64,000 bases of DNA from Myxococcales bacterium (GCA_016794505.1 JAEUJZ010000141.1:18204-82203), one strand, 5' to 3'. Numbered from the stretch's first letter, positions 28,852-37,924 are shown. Notes: generated from the letters alone by a model not told the origin. A program made the numbers and translations.

Positions 28852-30252
28852 ATGTCTAGCTTTGAGTACGATCTGCTCGTCATCGGCTCGGGCCCGGCCG
28901 GGCAGCGGGCAGCTATCCAGGCCGCCAAGCTGCGCAAGCGCGTCGCGGTCATCGAGCGTCGGGCCTCGCTGGGTGGTGTCTGCATCAACACCGGCACCAT
29001 CCCCAGCAAGACGCTGCGCGAAGCGGTGCTGTACTTTTCGGGCTATCGCGAGCGCAACCTGTACGGCGTCTCGCACGTGCTCAAGTCCAACGTCACCCTC
29101 GATGACCTGTTGTTTCGCACCTCGCATGTCATCCGCCACGAGCTCGACGTCATCCGTCACCAGCTGATGCGCAATCGCGTCGAGCTTCTGTCGGCCGATG
29201 CGGCGCTCTTGGATGCGCATACCGTGCGGCTGAAGTCTCTCGACGGAGTCGGCTATCGCGATGTGCGCTTTGCCCATTTGATCATCGCCACCGGCACGCA
29301 TGCGACGCGCGATGCCAGCATCCCGTTTGACGACCACACGATCTTTACCAGCGACGACATCCTGCGCTTGGATGCCTTGCCGCGGACGCTGGCTGTGGTC
29401 GGTGGCGGCGTCATCGGCTGCGAGTACGCGGCGATCTTTGCGGCGCTGGGTGTGCGCGTGACGATCATCGACAAGCGCACGCGGCTTCTGTCGTTTGTCG
29501 ACGCCGAGATCATGGACTCGCTGGCCTATCACCTGCGGCAGCAGCGCGTTACGCTGCGCCTGGGCGAAGAGGTCAGCGGTCTGCGGCCGATTCATGACGA
29601 GCGCGGGCAGCGCGTCAAGATCGAGCTAAAAAGCGGCAAGCAGATCGTCGCTGAAAAGGCCCTGTACAGCATCGGCCGAACCGGCGCCACCGAGTCCCTG
29701 AACCTGGCCAGCGTCGGCATCGAGCCCGACAGCCGCGGCCGCATCCCGGTCAACACGCACTTTCAGACCAGCCAGCCGCATATCTATGCCGTCGGCGATG
29801 TCATTGGCTTTCCCAGCTTGGCCTCGACGTCGATGGAGCAAGGTCGCCTGGCTGCCTGTCACGCGTTTTCGGTCGAGGCGCGCAGCGTGCCGGGCCTGTT
29901 TCCGTACGGCATCTACACCATTCCCGAGATCTCGATGGTCGGTCGCACCGAAGAAGAGCTGACCGATCTCGGCATTCCATATGAAGTCGGCAAAGCCCAC
30001 TATCGCGAGAGTGCGCGCGGCCAGATTACCGGCGACAACACCGGCCTTTTGAAGCTGATCTTTCACATCGAGACGCGCGAGCTCTTGGGGGTTCACATCC
30101 TTGGCGAAGGGGCGACCGAGCTGATTCACATCGGCCAAGCCGTGATGTCGTACGGCGGGCGCATCGATTACTTCATCAACACCGTCTTTAACTATCCAAC
30201 GCTGGCCGAGTGTTACAAGACCGCGGCCTTCGACGGCATCAACCGTCTGTGA
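28852..30252 (+). CDS. sthA: Soluble pyridine nucleotide transhydrogenase (Si-specific NAD(P)+ transhydrogenase)
   Basis: From the ATG at 28852: MSSFEYDLLVIGSGPAGQRAAIQAAKLRKRVAVIE...GGVCINTGTIPSK. It lacks the redox-active CxxxxC disulfide of lipoamide or glutathione reductases, as SthA does. At 466 aa it equals E. coli SthA. The C-terminus reads FNYPTLAECYK. Confidence 0.85.
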   Translation: MSSFEYDLLVIGSGPAGQRAAIQAAKLRKRVAVIERRASLGGVCINTGTIPSKTLREAVLYFSGYRERNLYGVSHVLKSNVTLDDLLFRTSHVIRHELDVIRHQLMRNRVELLSADAALLDAHTVRLKSLDGVGYRDVRFAHLIIATGTHATRDASIPFDDHTIFTSDDILRLDALPRTLAVVGGGVIGCEYAAIFAALGVRVTIIDKRTRLLSFVDAEIMDSLAYHLRQQRVTLRLGEEVSGLRPIHDERGQRVKIELKSGKQIVAEKALYSIGRTGATESLNLASVGIEPDSRGRIPVNTHFQTSQPHIYAVGDVIGFPSLASTSMEQGRLAACHAFSVEARSVPGLFPYGIYTIPEISMVGRTEEELTDLGIPYEVGKAHYRESARGQITGDNTGLLKLIFHIETRELLGVHILGEGATELIHIGQAVMSYGGRIDYFINTVFNYPTLAECYKTAAFDGINRL

Positions 30253-30261
30253 CGCGCCAGG

Positions 30262-30294
30262 GCTGGATCCTCGTGTCCAGCTTGCGGTTTTTGG
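30262..30294 (+). terminator. Candidate intrinsic terminator after sthA
   Basis: GCTGGA-(8 nt)-TCCAGC stem-loop, followed by TTGCGGTTTTTGG, starting 10 nt after the sthA stop. Confidence 0.3.
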
Positions 30295-30392
30295 GGCGGC
30301 CCGGCACGCCCTGATCCCGGTCCCCGGTTGCAAGCAGACCGCTTGCTTGCCCAAGACTGCGTGCCGCGGGTCTATGGGCACAGGGGGTCTTT

Positions 30393-32303
30393 GTGAGCAC
30401 CGCAAGCGCTGCACATCCGCAAAGGTTGCCGCTGCGCCAGGGGGATTCGGCGCTGACGTTGCAACAGCTCTTGGGCCTGTCGCTCTTTCAGGGGCTGTCG
30501 CGTCGAGCAGAGGCGCGGCTGCGCGGGAAACACGCGCAGGGACTGGCCGTCTTGCGTCACTATCGCGCGGGCGAGGTCATCTGCCGACAGGGCGAGCCGG
30601 GCTGGACCGCGTACTATCTGCTGCCGATCGCCGACCGGCTGTGGCTGCGGGAATCGCAAGAGGCCGCCGCCGAGATCTCGCAGGCTCGCTTGGCTGTTCG
30701 GTTGGGCGAGGTCGATGCCGCCGACGCATCTGAGTATTTGCCACCATCCACGGCAGAGCCCGAGGCTGCCGAGCCGGAAGACCTAGAGTCGCTGCGGCAA
30801 GCCGTGGCCTTTCGTCCTTCCGCGGATGAGCTCTCGGCGCTGCGGGCCGAGCGCGACCTGTTGGCGGCGGGCGATCGCAGCGAAGAAGAGCTTGCCGCAA
30901 GCCACTCGGACCTGCTGGCGCTGCCCGCTGCGGAAAAGCGCCGTCGGGCCGATGCGCTGGCAGAGCAAGATCGAGCGCTGGCCACCAAGCTTCAGCAGAC
31001 CGTCGAGTGTGCCGAGCGACGCATGCTGGCCCAGGTCTTCGTGCAAAAGACGACGGCTCCTGAAAAGAAGCCGCCGCCCGCGTCGGCGGGACGTTTGCTG
31101 CGGCTGCTGGGGCGACCGGATCGATCACCGCCGCGTTCTGCGCCGACGGGCGAGCCGGCCGCCTGGGATGAGACGCTGGTCGGTACGCTGCACGAAGGCG
31201 AGCTGTTCGGCGAGCTAAGCTGCTTGTACCAAACGCGACGCTCGGCGACGGTGCGCGCGCTCCGCGACTGCCATGTGCTGGAGTTCTTGGCCGTCGTGCT
31301 GGAGCTGCTTCTGACCAGCGAGCCCGTGCAGGCCGAGCTGAATGAGGTCTATCGCAAGCGCGTGCTGGGTCCGCAGCTTCGTGGCCTGCCGCTGTTCGCG
31401 CACGTCGCGGACGAGGCGATCGAGCTTTTGCGTCGGGGGGCAGAGATGATCAGCAAGCAGCCGGGCGAGGTCGTCTATGAAGAAGGGGCGCACGAGAGCT
31501 GCCTGTATCTGGTGCGCTCCGGGACGTTGAAGATCTACAGCGGCTCGGGAGAGCGCGTGCTTGGCTATCGCTCGCGCGGGGGCATCGTCGGGGAAAGCGA
31601 GCTTCTCAGCGGCGGTCCGCGATCTGCATCGTGTGCAGCGTATCAGCATCCCCGCGCGGACGGCAGCGAACGGGCGAAGGCGCTGCATGCGCTGCGCGTC
31701 GAGCTGGTGCGCATCGATCGTCCGCTCTTTGAACGGGTCTGTGCCCGCTTTCCGGCGTTTCGCCGACAGGTCGAACGAAACCTGCAAGACAGCGGCAGCG
31801 ACTCTTTGAGCCATCCGACGCAGCGCGTACAGGGCACATCGCGCTTCAACGATCTGGGCCTGAGCCAAGGGCGAAAGCTCATGCTGATTGATCTAGAGTC
31901 CTGCACGCTGTGCGGCGACTGCATCCGCGGCTGTGCCAGCGTGCAGGACGACGGGCTGCCCCGGCTCGCGTTGGCCGGCCCGCGCTTTGGCAAGTATCTG
32001 GTTCCGGTGTCGTGTCGGCAGTGCCACGAGCCGGTCTGTTTGTCCGGCTGCCCCGTCGGTGCGATTCATCACGGCGCGGCTTCCGAGATCGTCATTGAAG
32101 ACTGGTGCATCGGCTGCGGCCTGTGCGCCGCTCGCTGTCCGTATCAGGCCATCGAGCTGCGTTCAGACGCCGACCAAAAAGCGGTGGTCTGCGATCAGTG
32201 CGCGACACGGCCCCACGGTCCCGAGTGCGTTCGCGCCTGTCCGCATGATGCGGCCGGGCGGGTCGATGCCACCGCCTTTTTCGCGCGAGCGCGCGTGGTC
32301 TAG
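30393..32303 (+). CDS. Fusion protein: two cyclic-nucleotide-binding domains + a four-cluster [4Fe-4S] ferredoxin module (NrfC/DmsB-like); no signal peptide
   Basis: CNB domain 1 is split. The beta-roll start is RHYRAGEVICRQGEPGWTAYYLL and the phosphate-binding cassette is GELFGELSCLYQTRRSATVRAL. They are separated by a roughly 190-aa acidic, helical insert. CNB domain 2 reads LPLFAHV...PGEVVYEEGAHESCLYLVRSGTLKIY...GESELLSGGPRSAS. Four Cys clusters follow: CTLCGDCIRGC, CRQCHEPVCLSGCP, CIGCGLCAARCP, CDQCATRPHGPECVRACP. GTG start. Confidence 0.8.
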   Translation: MSTASAAHPQRLPLRQGDSALTLQQLLGLSLFQGLSRRAEARLRGKHAQGLAVLRHYRAGEVICRQGEPGWTAYYLLPIADRLWLRESQEAAAEISQARLAVRLGEVDAADASEYLPPSTAEPEAAEPEDLESLRQAVAFRPSADELSALRAERDLLAAGDRSEEELAASHSDLLALPAAEKRRRADALAEQDRALATKLQQTVECAERRMLAQVFVQKTTAPEKKPPPASAGRLLRLLGRPDRSPPRSAPTGEPAAWDETLVGTLHEGELFGELSCLYQTRRSATVRALRDCHVLEFLAVVLELLLTSEPVQAELNEVYRKRVLGPQLRGLPLFAHVADEAIELLRRGAEMISKQPGEVVYEEGAHESCLYLVRSGTLKIYSGSGERVLGYRSRGGIVGESELLSGGPRSASCAAYQHPRADGSERAKALHALRVELVRIDRPLFERVCARFPAFRRQVERNLQDSGSDSLSHPTQRVQGTSRFNDLGLSQGRKLMLIDLESCTLCGDCIRGCASVQDDGLPRLALAGPRFGKYLVPVSCRQCHEPVCLSGCPVGAIHHGAASEIVIEDWCIGCGLCAARCPYQAIELRSDADQKAVVCDQCATRPHGPECVRACPHDAAGRVDATAFFARARVV

Positions 32304-32309
32304 GTTCCG

Positions 32310-33233
32310 ATGCAAATCCGAAAAAAACACCGACGGTGGGCACTGCTGGTGGGAGCTGGCTGCGGGCTGGCCGTGCTGGCTGGCTGGTATGCACTGCGCA
32401 GCGCACCGACGGCACCGGGTCGCAGCCTGGTGTTGCTTTCGTTGGGAGCAGCGGCCGCGGTGCTGATCGTCTTTTCGTCCGCCTTGGGCCTTCGACGACG
32501 CCTGTCGCGCCTTGGCGTGGGCACCGCGGCTGGCTGGCTGCGAGCCCATCTGTGGCTGTCGTGGCTGAGTCTGGTGCTTTCGCTGGCGCACAGCGGTGCT
32601 CGCGCGAGTAGCCCACTTGGCACGGCTCTGGTTGCGTGTCTGCTTGTCTGCGTCGGAAGCGGCGCCGTGTTGGCACTTGTGCAGCGCATCGTACCAGGCT
32701 TGATGGCCGGCGACGCGACCTGGGAATACGCAGGCGATCCGCTGCAGACGATCACGCAGATCCGCGGCCGCGCATACCAGCTGATCTGGGCCGCCTGCGG
32801 GCATCCTCCCGACAGCGATGGCCACGTCGAAGCCAGGGCCGAGCGCGAAGCGATCCACAGCCTGCTCGGGGCGCCGCCCCCCGCCCCCGAGCGCAGTAGC
32901 CTGCTCTGCGACTTCACGCCCGGCCAGAAGAAGCTAGAGAGCTTCTACCGGCGCACCATGCTGCCCTTTTTTCGGGCCGAGCCTGCCGCGTTTTCGGTGC
33001 TGCACAAGGCCGCTGACGCCAAGCTGGCGTTCGATGCACTCAGCGGTGCAGTGGCCCCCGCGCTGCATCCCACCCTGCACGAACTTTCCGTCTTGTGTCA
33101 TGGCATGCGAGTGGCGCGGCGGCAGATTCGCTTCCAGGCGTTTCTGCGAGGCTGGTCGCTTTTGCACATCCCGCTGGCCATGGCCACGCTCACCCTTTTG
33201 TTCGTCCACGCCGTGACGGTGTTTCGGTACTAG
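32310..33233 (+). CDS. Integral membrane protein with two H-x13-H transmembrane helices (putative di-haem b-type cytochrome)
   Basis: It has five hydrophobic segments. Helix 3 reads RAHLWLSWLSLVLSLAHSG and the last helix reads LLHIPLAMATLTLLFVHAV. Each has two His residues exactly 13 residues apart. A soluble loop of about 130 aa separates them. It lies 6 nt after the previous gene and 3 nt before the next. Confidence 0.6.
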   Translation: MQIRKKHRRWALLVGAGCGLAVLAGWYALRSAPTAPGRSLVLLSLGAAAAVLIVFSSALGLRRRLSRLGVGTAAGWLRAHLWLSWLSLVLSLAHSGARASSPLGTALVACLLVCVGSGAVLALVQRIVPGLMAGDATWEYAGDPLQTITQIRGRAYQLIWAACGHPPDSDGHVEARAEREAIHSLLGAPPPAPERSSLLCDFTPGQKKLESFYRRTMLPFFRAEPAAFSVLHKAADAKLAFDALSGAVAPALHPTLHELSVLCHGMRVARRQIRFQAFLRGWSLLHIPLAMATLTLLFVHAVTVFRY

Positions 33234-33236
33234 CGC

Positions 33237-36008
33237 ATGTCGCAAGGGACTCGTGGCAGCATCCCTCGCTTTTCGATCTGGCGTGAATCACAGACCGGCT
33301 TTGCACGACGTGTTCTGTACATCGTCTCTCCGTTATGCGTCGCGGCGGCGGTGTTGCTGACCTGGCTGTTCGCGGGGGACTGGCTGTGGTCACCGGGACC
33401 GCTTTCGTCCGGCCACGCCATGTTGCAGCGCGACTGCGCGCAGTGCCATGCCAGTTCGGGTGCGGGCCTTGTTGCATCTGAGCGAGCGCGCGACGTTTCG
33501 CAGGCAAACCGCGCCTGCCTGCGCTGCCACAAGGCAACCATCGGCGCGTCGCCAAAGACCTTTACCGCCACCCACCACGAGCGCGCTGCCAGCGACGGAA
33601 GACCCTGCACGCACTGCCACATCGAGCATCGCGGGCAGCGGCTTTCCCTGGTGGCAAGCGAGTCGTGCATCGGCTGCCACCGCGATCTTGGCCCGATGCA
33701 GTCGGATGGGAAGGTATCGACCCATATCGCGGCATTTGCGCGCGGCGATCGCGCTGGCGACAGCGCCGCCAGCCTGCATCCCGAATTCCGCATCCTGGCC
33801 GAGAAGCGCGCCGATGCGGGCATTCTTGCATTCAACCACCAGCGTCATCTGTTCGGCGGAGCGATCTTGGGGCCGCAAGGGCGTCCCGTCGCGCTGTCCT
33901 GTCAGGACTGTCATCGTGCCACCGGGCAGGGCCCGTTTCGCTTTGGCCGCGGACACGATGCACGCGAGCCCTCGCGTGCGGCAGCGGCCCGACGCGGCGA
34001 TCACATGGCACCCATCGCGTTTTCTGCACACTGCGCGGGCTGCCATCCCCTGATGCTGATCGGGCACGCTGCGACGCTGGTCGGCAACGATGCAGTCGAT
34101 CGCGGTCACGTCCCGCATGCAACGCCGGCAGCGATTCGCGGGTATCTGCGCGGTCAGCTAGCCGCTTCTTCGCTCTCGTCCGCTGCGGCCGAGGCCGAGC
34201 TTTCTGCCATCGAGGGCCAGCTTTACGGCGATGCGAGCCATCCATCCCCGCTGTGCGGTGCCTGCCATACACTCAAGCGCGAGGGCGTTGAACACGGCGA
34301 GCTTCCCGTGGTTGTGCCGACGGCACTGCCAACGCGCTTTCTGCCGCGGGCGACGTTCAGCCATGCCAAGCACACGGCCGCCTCGCGGGGCAGCTATGGC
34401 TCGCTTTCGCTGCCTGCCGAAAGTGCCGACTGTCTGGGCTGCCACAGTCGCGCTGCCGACAGCCGCCTGACCTCGGATGTCTTGATGCCCAGCATTGAAG
34501 AGTGCCGTCGCTGCCACGCTCCGCCCAGCGGAACGGGAGCCGCGGCGCGCGGGGGCGTCTCGGATCGCTGCTCAATGTGCCACACCTATCACGTGCCGCC
34601 GCCGCAGGCCCTGGGGCCGACGCCGATTGCCGACGGAGCGGCCGAGGATACGCCCCCGCCGTCTCTGGTCGAGGCGGGCCAGCGCGAGGTCCGTCACGGC
34701 CTGCGCACATCGACGCCATTGTGGCCGCTGTCAGCGTTCTTCGAGCTTCCGCAAAAGGTCTGGGGACTGCCCGATGTGACGCCCCAAAGCCCGCGCTTCC
34801 AGGCCGAGGTCTTCCGTCGCTATGGCCTGTTTCCCGCCGACCGCGAAAATGACGGGCTGCCGCTCGGCCTGATCAAGACCGAAAGGACGTGGAAGGGCCA
34901 GCCGGGCCTGACCGTGACCTGCGAGTATTGTCATTCCTCGTCGCTGTTTGGGCAGATCGTGGTCGGCCAGCCGAACCCGTTTGCCGACATGGAACAGCTG
35001 TGGATCGACCTCGATGCGGTCTCAAACGGCCAGGGTAAGGACCCGCTTTACGAAAAGACACCGGCAGGCAACACCGTCGTAAACGGCGCCGATCATCTGG
35101 GGCTTCTGGGGCTTTACTATCGCAACTCCGATCTGACTGCGAGCCTGGGCAAGGCAGCGCGCTGGCTTCTGTCGAGTGGCCTGGCCGATCGTCCCGCCCA
35201 GATGAAGGCCGAGTTCGACGCGCTGGCCTATATCAAGACACCGCCCTGGTACACGTACGCGACGCGCAAGTCGGGGGCCTGTGGCCTTTACGCCGACGGA
35301 GGGCAGCCCAAGTACGGCAACTTCGCCGCCTTCACCTATCTTTTGACGTACCGCGACCTCGACGGGCAGGATCTGGCCACGGCGCTTGCGGCGTGGAAAC
35401 GCAGCGCGCCGGCCTTTTTGGCCAGCCTGAGCTCGCCGCGCTATCCCTTTTCCGTGCGCTCGTCGCTTTTGCCCCGCGGTCGCGCGCTGTACGACGCCAC
35501 GTGCGCCCGCTGCCATGGCCGCTATGCCGCGACGGATTCTTCGCCGACGGGCCTGTCTTATCCGGGGCTGGTCTTCCCGCTCGCCGAGATCGGCACCGAC
35601 CCCAAGCGAGCCCACTTTCCACCGTCGTTTACCGCGCGCATTCAGTCGATTTTGAACGAGCAGTACACCATCACCGGAGGCTATGCCGCACCGCCTTTGA
35701 CTGCCATCTGGTCGCGTGCGCCGTATCTGCACAACGGGTCGGTTCCGACGCTGGCAGAGCTGCTCGATCCACCCAGCCGGCGAGCCCGCTATGTCCTTGC
35801 CGCAAACCCCAACGCGCGGGCCGATTTCGACCACCAGCGCGTCGGCTGGCGCGTCGAGGTTCCACCGCCGGGAGCAACGCCTGCGACCGTCCATCGCCTG
35901 TATGACGCGGCGTTTGTTGAAGGTCTTGCCAACACCGGCCACACCTATGGCGCCGAGCTCAGTCCCGACGATCGCGAGGCGCTGCTGGAGTTCCTAAAGA
36001 CGCTGTAG
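33237..36008 (+). CDS. Membrane-anchored multihaem c-type cytochrome (12 CxxCH) with a C-terminal di-haem peroxidase/MauG-like region
   Basis: N-terminal TM anchor: VLYIVSPLCVAAAVLLTWLF. CxxCH motifs: CAQCH, CLRCH, CTHCH, CIGCH, CQDCH, CAGCH, CGACH, CLGCH, CRRCH, CSMCH (first ~480 aa), then CEYCH and CARCH in the last ~440 aa. The tail also has APPLTAIWSRAPYLHNGSVPTLAELL, which resembles the distal-ligand region of di-haem cytochrome c peroxidase-family proteins. Confidence 0.85.
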   Translation: MSQGTRGSIPRFSIWRESQTGFARRVLYIVSPLCVAAAVLLTWLFAGDWLWSPGPLSSGHAMLQRDCAQCHASSGAGLVASERARDVSQANRACLRCHKATIGASPKTFTATHHERAASDGRPCTHCHIEHRGQRLSLVASESCIGCHRDLGPMQSDGKVSTHIAAFARGDRAGDSAASLHPEFRILAEKRADAGILAFNHQRHLFGGAILGPQGRPVALSCQDCHRATGQGPFRFGRGHDAREPSRAAAARRGDHMAPIAFSAHCAGCHPLMLIGHAATLVGNDAVDRGHVPHATPAAIRGYLRGQLAASSLSSAAAEAELSAIEGQLYGDASHPSPLCGACHTLKREGVEHGELPVVVPTALPTRFLPRATFSHAKHTAASRGSYGSLSLPAESADCLGCHSRAADSRLTSDVLMPSIEECRRCHAPPSGTGAAARGGVSDRCSMCHTYHVPPPQALGPTPIADGAAEDTPPPSLVEAGQREVRHGLRTSTPLWPLSAFFELPQKVWGLPDVTPQSPRFQAEVFRRYGLFPADRENDGLPLGLIKTERTWKGQPGLTVTCEYCHSSSLFGQIVVGQPNPFADMEQLWIDLDAVSNGQGKDPLYEKTPAGNTVVNGADHLGLLGLYYRNSDLTASLGKAARWLLSSGLADRPAQMKAEFDALAYIKTPPWYTYATRKSGACGLYADGGQPKYGNFAAFTYLLTYRDLDGQDLATALAAWKRSAPAFLASLSSPRYPFSVRSSLLPRGRALYDATCARCHGRYAATDSSPTGLSYPGLVFPLAEIGTDPKRAHFPPSFTARIQSILNEQYTITGGYAAPPLTAIWSRAPYLHNGSVPTLAELLDPPSRRARYVLAANPNARADFDHQRVGWRVEVPPPGATPATVHRLYDAAFVEGLANTGHTYGAELSPDDREALLEFLKTL

Positions 36009-36052
36009 GTCGCGCCGCCGGTCGCGTCTGCAGCGCACAGAAGGGCTGATCC

Positions 36053-37234
36053 ATGAACCCATCGCATCCTGCCTCTACACCGTCGAGCCAGCCTTCCCTG
36101 GACGCAGAGAAGGCCCCAGCCAGCAGCCGGCGCAGCGCTGCCATCGACTGGATGCGCGGCCTGGTGATGATCGTGATGACCTTGGATCATGCCTCGCACG
36201 CTTGGAATGCCGGGCGCCTGGTCACCGATGGCGTCACGCTGTATGTCCCCGGCCAGCCGCTGCCGGGCGCGCAGTTTTGGGCGCGCTTTATCACGCACCT
36301 GTGCTTGCCGATGTTCATGTTCTTGTCCGGCGTCTCGCTGTGCATCAGCACCGAGTCCCGCGTCGCCCGCGGCGAATCACCGAGGCAGATCGATCGCCAC
36401 TTGCTGGGCCGCGGCGCTCTGCTCATCGTGCTCGACTGGCTGTGGATGTCGTGGGTGTGGTCCCCGCGCGAGGGCTTGATGCTCGGTGTGCTGTCGGCGA
36501 TCGGCCTTTCGATCTGGGCCATGACCGCGCTGCGCCGTCTGTCGAGCCGCGCCTTGCTGGTCATCGCCGCTCTGTGGCTGCTCGGCAGCGAGCTTTTGTG
36601 CGGCCTGCTTTATTCGATCGAAGGCCCGATCAGCCGCTTCGCCGTCGGCTTTCTGTGTACAGGCCGCCACTTTCACGACGTTCACATCATGGTCACCGAG
36701 CCGATGGTGCCGTGGTTTCCGCTGATGCTGTTCGGCTGGCTGTGTCAGCGGCACATCCTGTCGCAGCCGCGGCCCGTGCCACGCCTTTTGGCCCTGGCCG
36801 CGCTGTCGCTGTTCGTCTTTGTCGTCGTGCGCGCCGAAAATGGCTACGGCAACATGCGGCTTCTGCGCGTCGATTCGTCGCTTGTGCAGTACCTGCACGT
36901 CAGCAAGTACCCCGCCAGCTTGACCTTTGTGACGCTAGAGCTGGGCCTGGGCCTGCTGGTTTTCGCGGCGTTCGTCGCCATCGCGGCGCGGAGCCAGGGC
37001 ACAAAGACCCGCCTCGATGCGACGCTGCTTCTGGGGCAGACCTCGCTTTTTTATTACCTGGTTCACGTTCACCTGCTGCAGCTTGCCGCCTGGGCGACGG
37101 GTCAGCAGCAAGCCAGCACGCTGCTCACGACCGTCGGGGCCACTGGGTTGACGATCGCTGTGCTCTATCCGCTGTGCTGGGGTTTCCGCGCTCTGCGGCG
37201 CCGCCACCCCCACAGCATCCTGCGTCATCTGTGA
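36053..37234 (+). CDS. DUF1624 / heparan-alpha-glucosaminide N-acetyltransferase-like membrane acyltransferase
   Basis: The AIDWMRGLVMIVMTLDHASH motif lies near the N-terminus, followed by about 9-10 hydrophobic segments. This matches the DUF1624 family as I recall it. Confidence 0.7.
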   Translation: MNPSHPASTPSSQPSLDAEKAPASSRRSAAIDWMRGLVMIVMTLDHASHAWNAGRLVTDGVTLYVPGQPLPGAQFWARFITHLCLPMFMFLSGVSLCISTESRVARGESPRQIDRHLLGRGALLIVLDWLWMSWVWSPREGLMLGVLSAIGLSIWAMTALRRLSSRALLVIAALWLLGSELLCGLLYSIEGPISRFAVGFLCTGRHFHDVHIMVTEPMVPWFPLMLFGWLCQRHILSQPRPVPRLLALAALSLFVFVVVRAENGYGNMRLLRVDSSLVQYLHVSKYPASLTFVTLELGLGLLVFAAFVAIAARSQGTKTRLDATLLLGQTSLFYYLVHVHLLQLAAWATGQQQASTLLTTVGATGLTIAVLYPLCWGFRALRRRHPHSILRHL

Positions 37235-37303
37235 CCTCTGCCGCGACGGTTTGTGCGCGCGTTCAGCCGCCATCGAGGCGCGCTGATACGATGAAGACAT
37301 CCC

Positions 37304-37924
37304 ATGCGTACCCTGAATTCTGCAGCGGGGTCTTTGTCTTCGATCGTGGCGCTTGGCCTGGCCGCCGGGCTGGCTCTTTCGCTGAGTATATGGTCCCGGC
37401 CCGTCGACGCCGATGCCGTCCCGCCCGAGCCCGAGCGCTGTCCGACGGGATACATTCCCGTGACCAGTCATGCTGGGCCGCAGTGCGTGCTCAAGCCTCC
37501 CACGAACTGTCCGCCCGGCTGGAAGGGCATAAACGGCGGCACCTGCGTCGTGCATGTCTGTCAGACCGACGCCCACTGCACCTGGGACGGCCGCCGCGAT
37601 CTGCGCTGCAAGCCCGCCAAGGTCTGCGTTCACGAGTCGCTGCAAGAGTGGGGCTCTGCCGCAGAGCCCCCATCGACCCGGCAGGAGCGCTCGCTGTTCG
37701 CCGCACCGCCGCGCCGCTTCGACCCACCGCGCAAGGTGCAGACGCCCGTCGATGTCTGCCAAGACGGCCGCGCCTGTCCCAAGGACGCGACCTGCAGCCC
37801 GATGCGTCTTTGCCTGCCGGTGGATGTCGATCAGCCCGGCACGTATCGCGAACCCAAGCTTCCGCCCTCGCCGCTTTACATGCCCCCCACGGTGCGTCGC
37901 CCCGTCCCGCTGCCCCCGACGTAG
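37304..37924 (+). CDS. Secreted cysteine- and proline-rich hypothetical protein
   Basis: It has a signal peptide (SLSSIVALGLAAGLALSLSI) and 14 Cys arranged in CP..Y / C..H.C-type spacings. GC3 is good. No family is recognised. Confidence 0.5.
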   Translation: MRTLNSAAGSLSSIVALGLAAGLALSLSIWSRPVDADAVPPEPERCPTGYIPVTSHAGPQCVLKPPTNCPPGWKGINGGTCVVHVCQTDAHCTWDGRRDLRCKPAKVCVHESLQEWGSAAEPPSTRQERSLFAAPPRRFDPPRKVQTPVDVCQDGRACPKDATCSPMRLCLPVDVDQPGTYREPKLPPSPLYMPPTVRRPVPLPPT

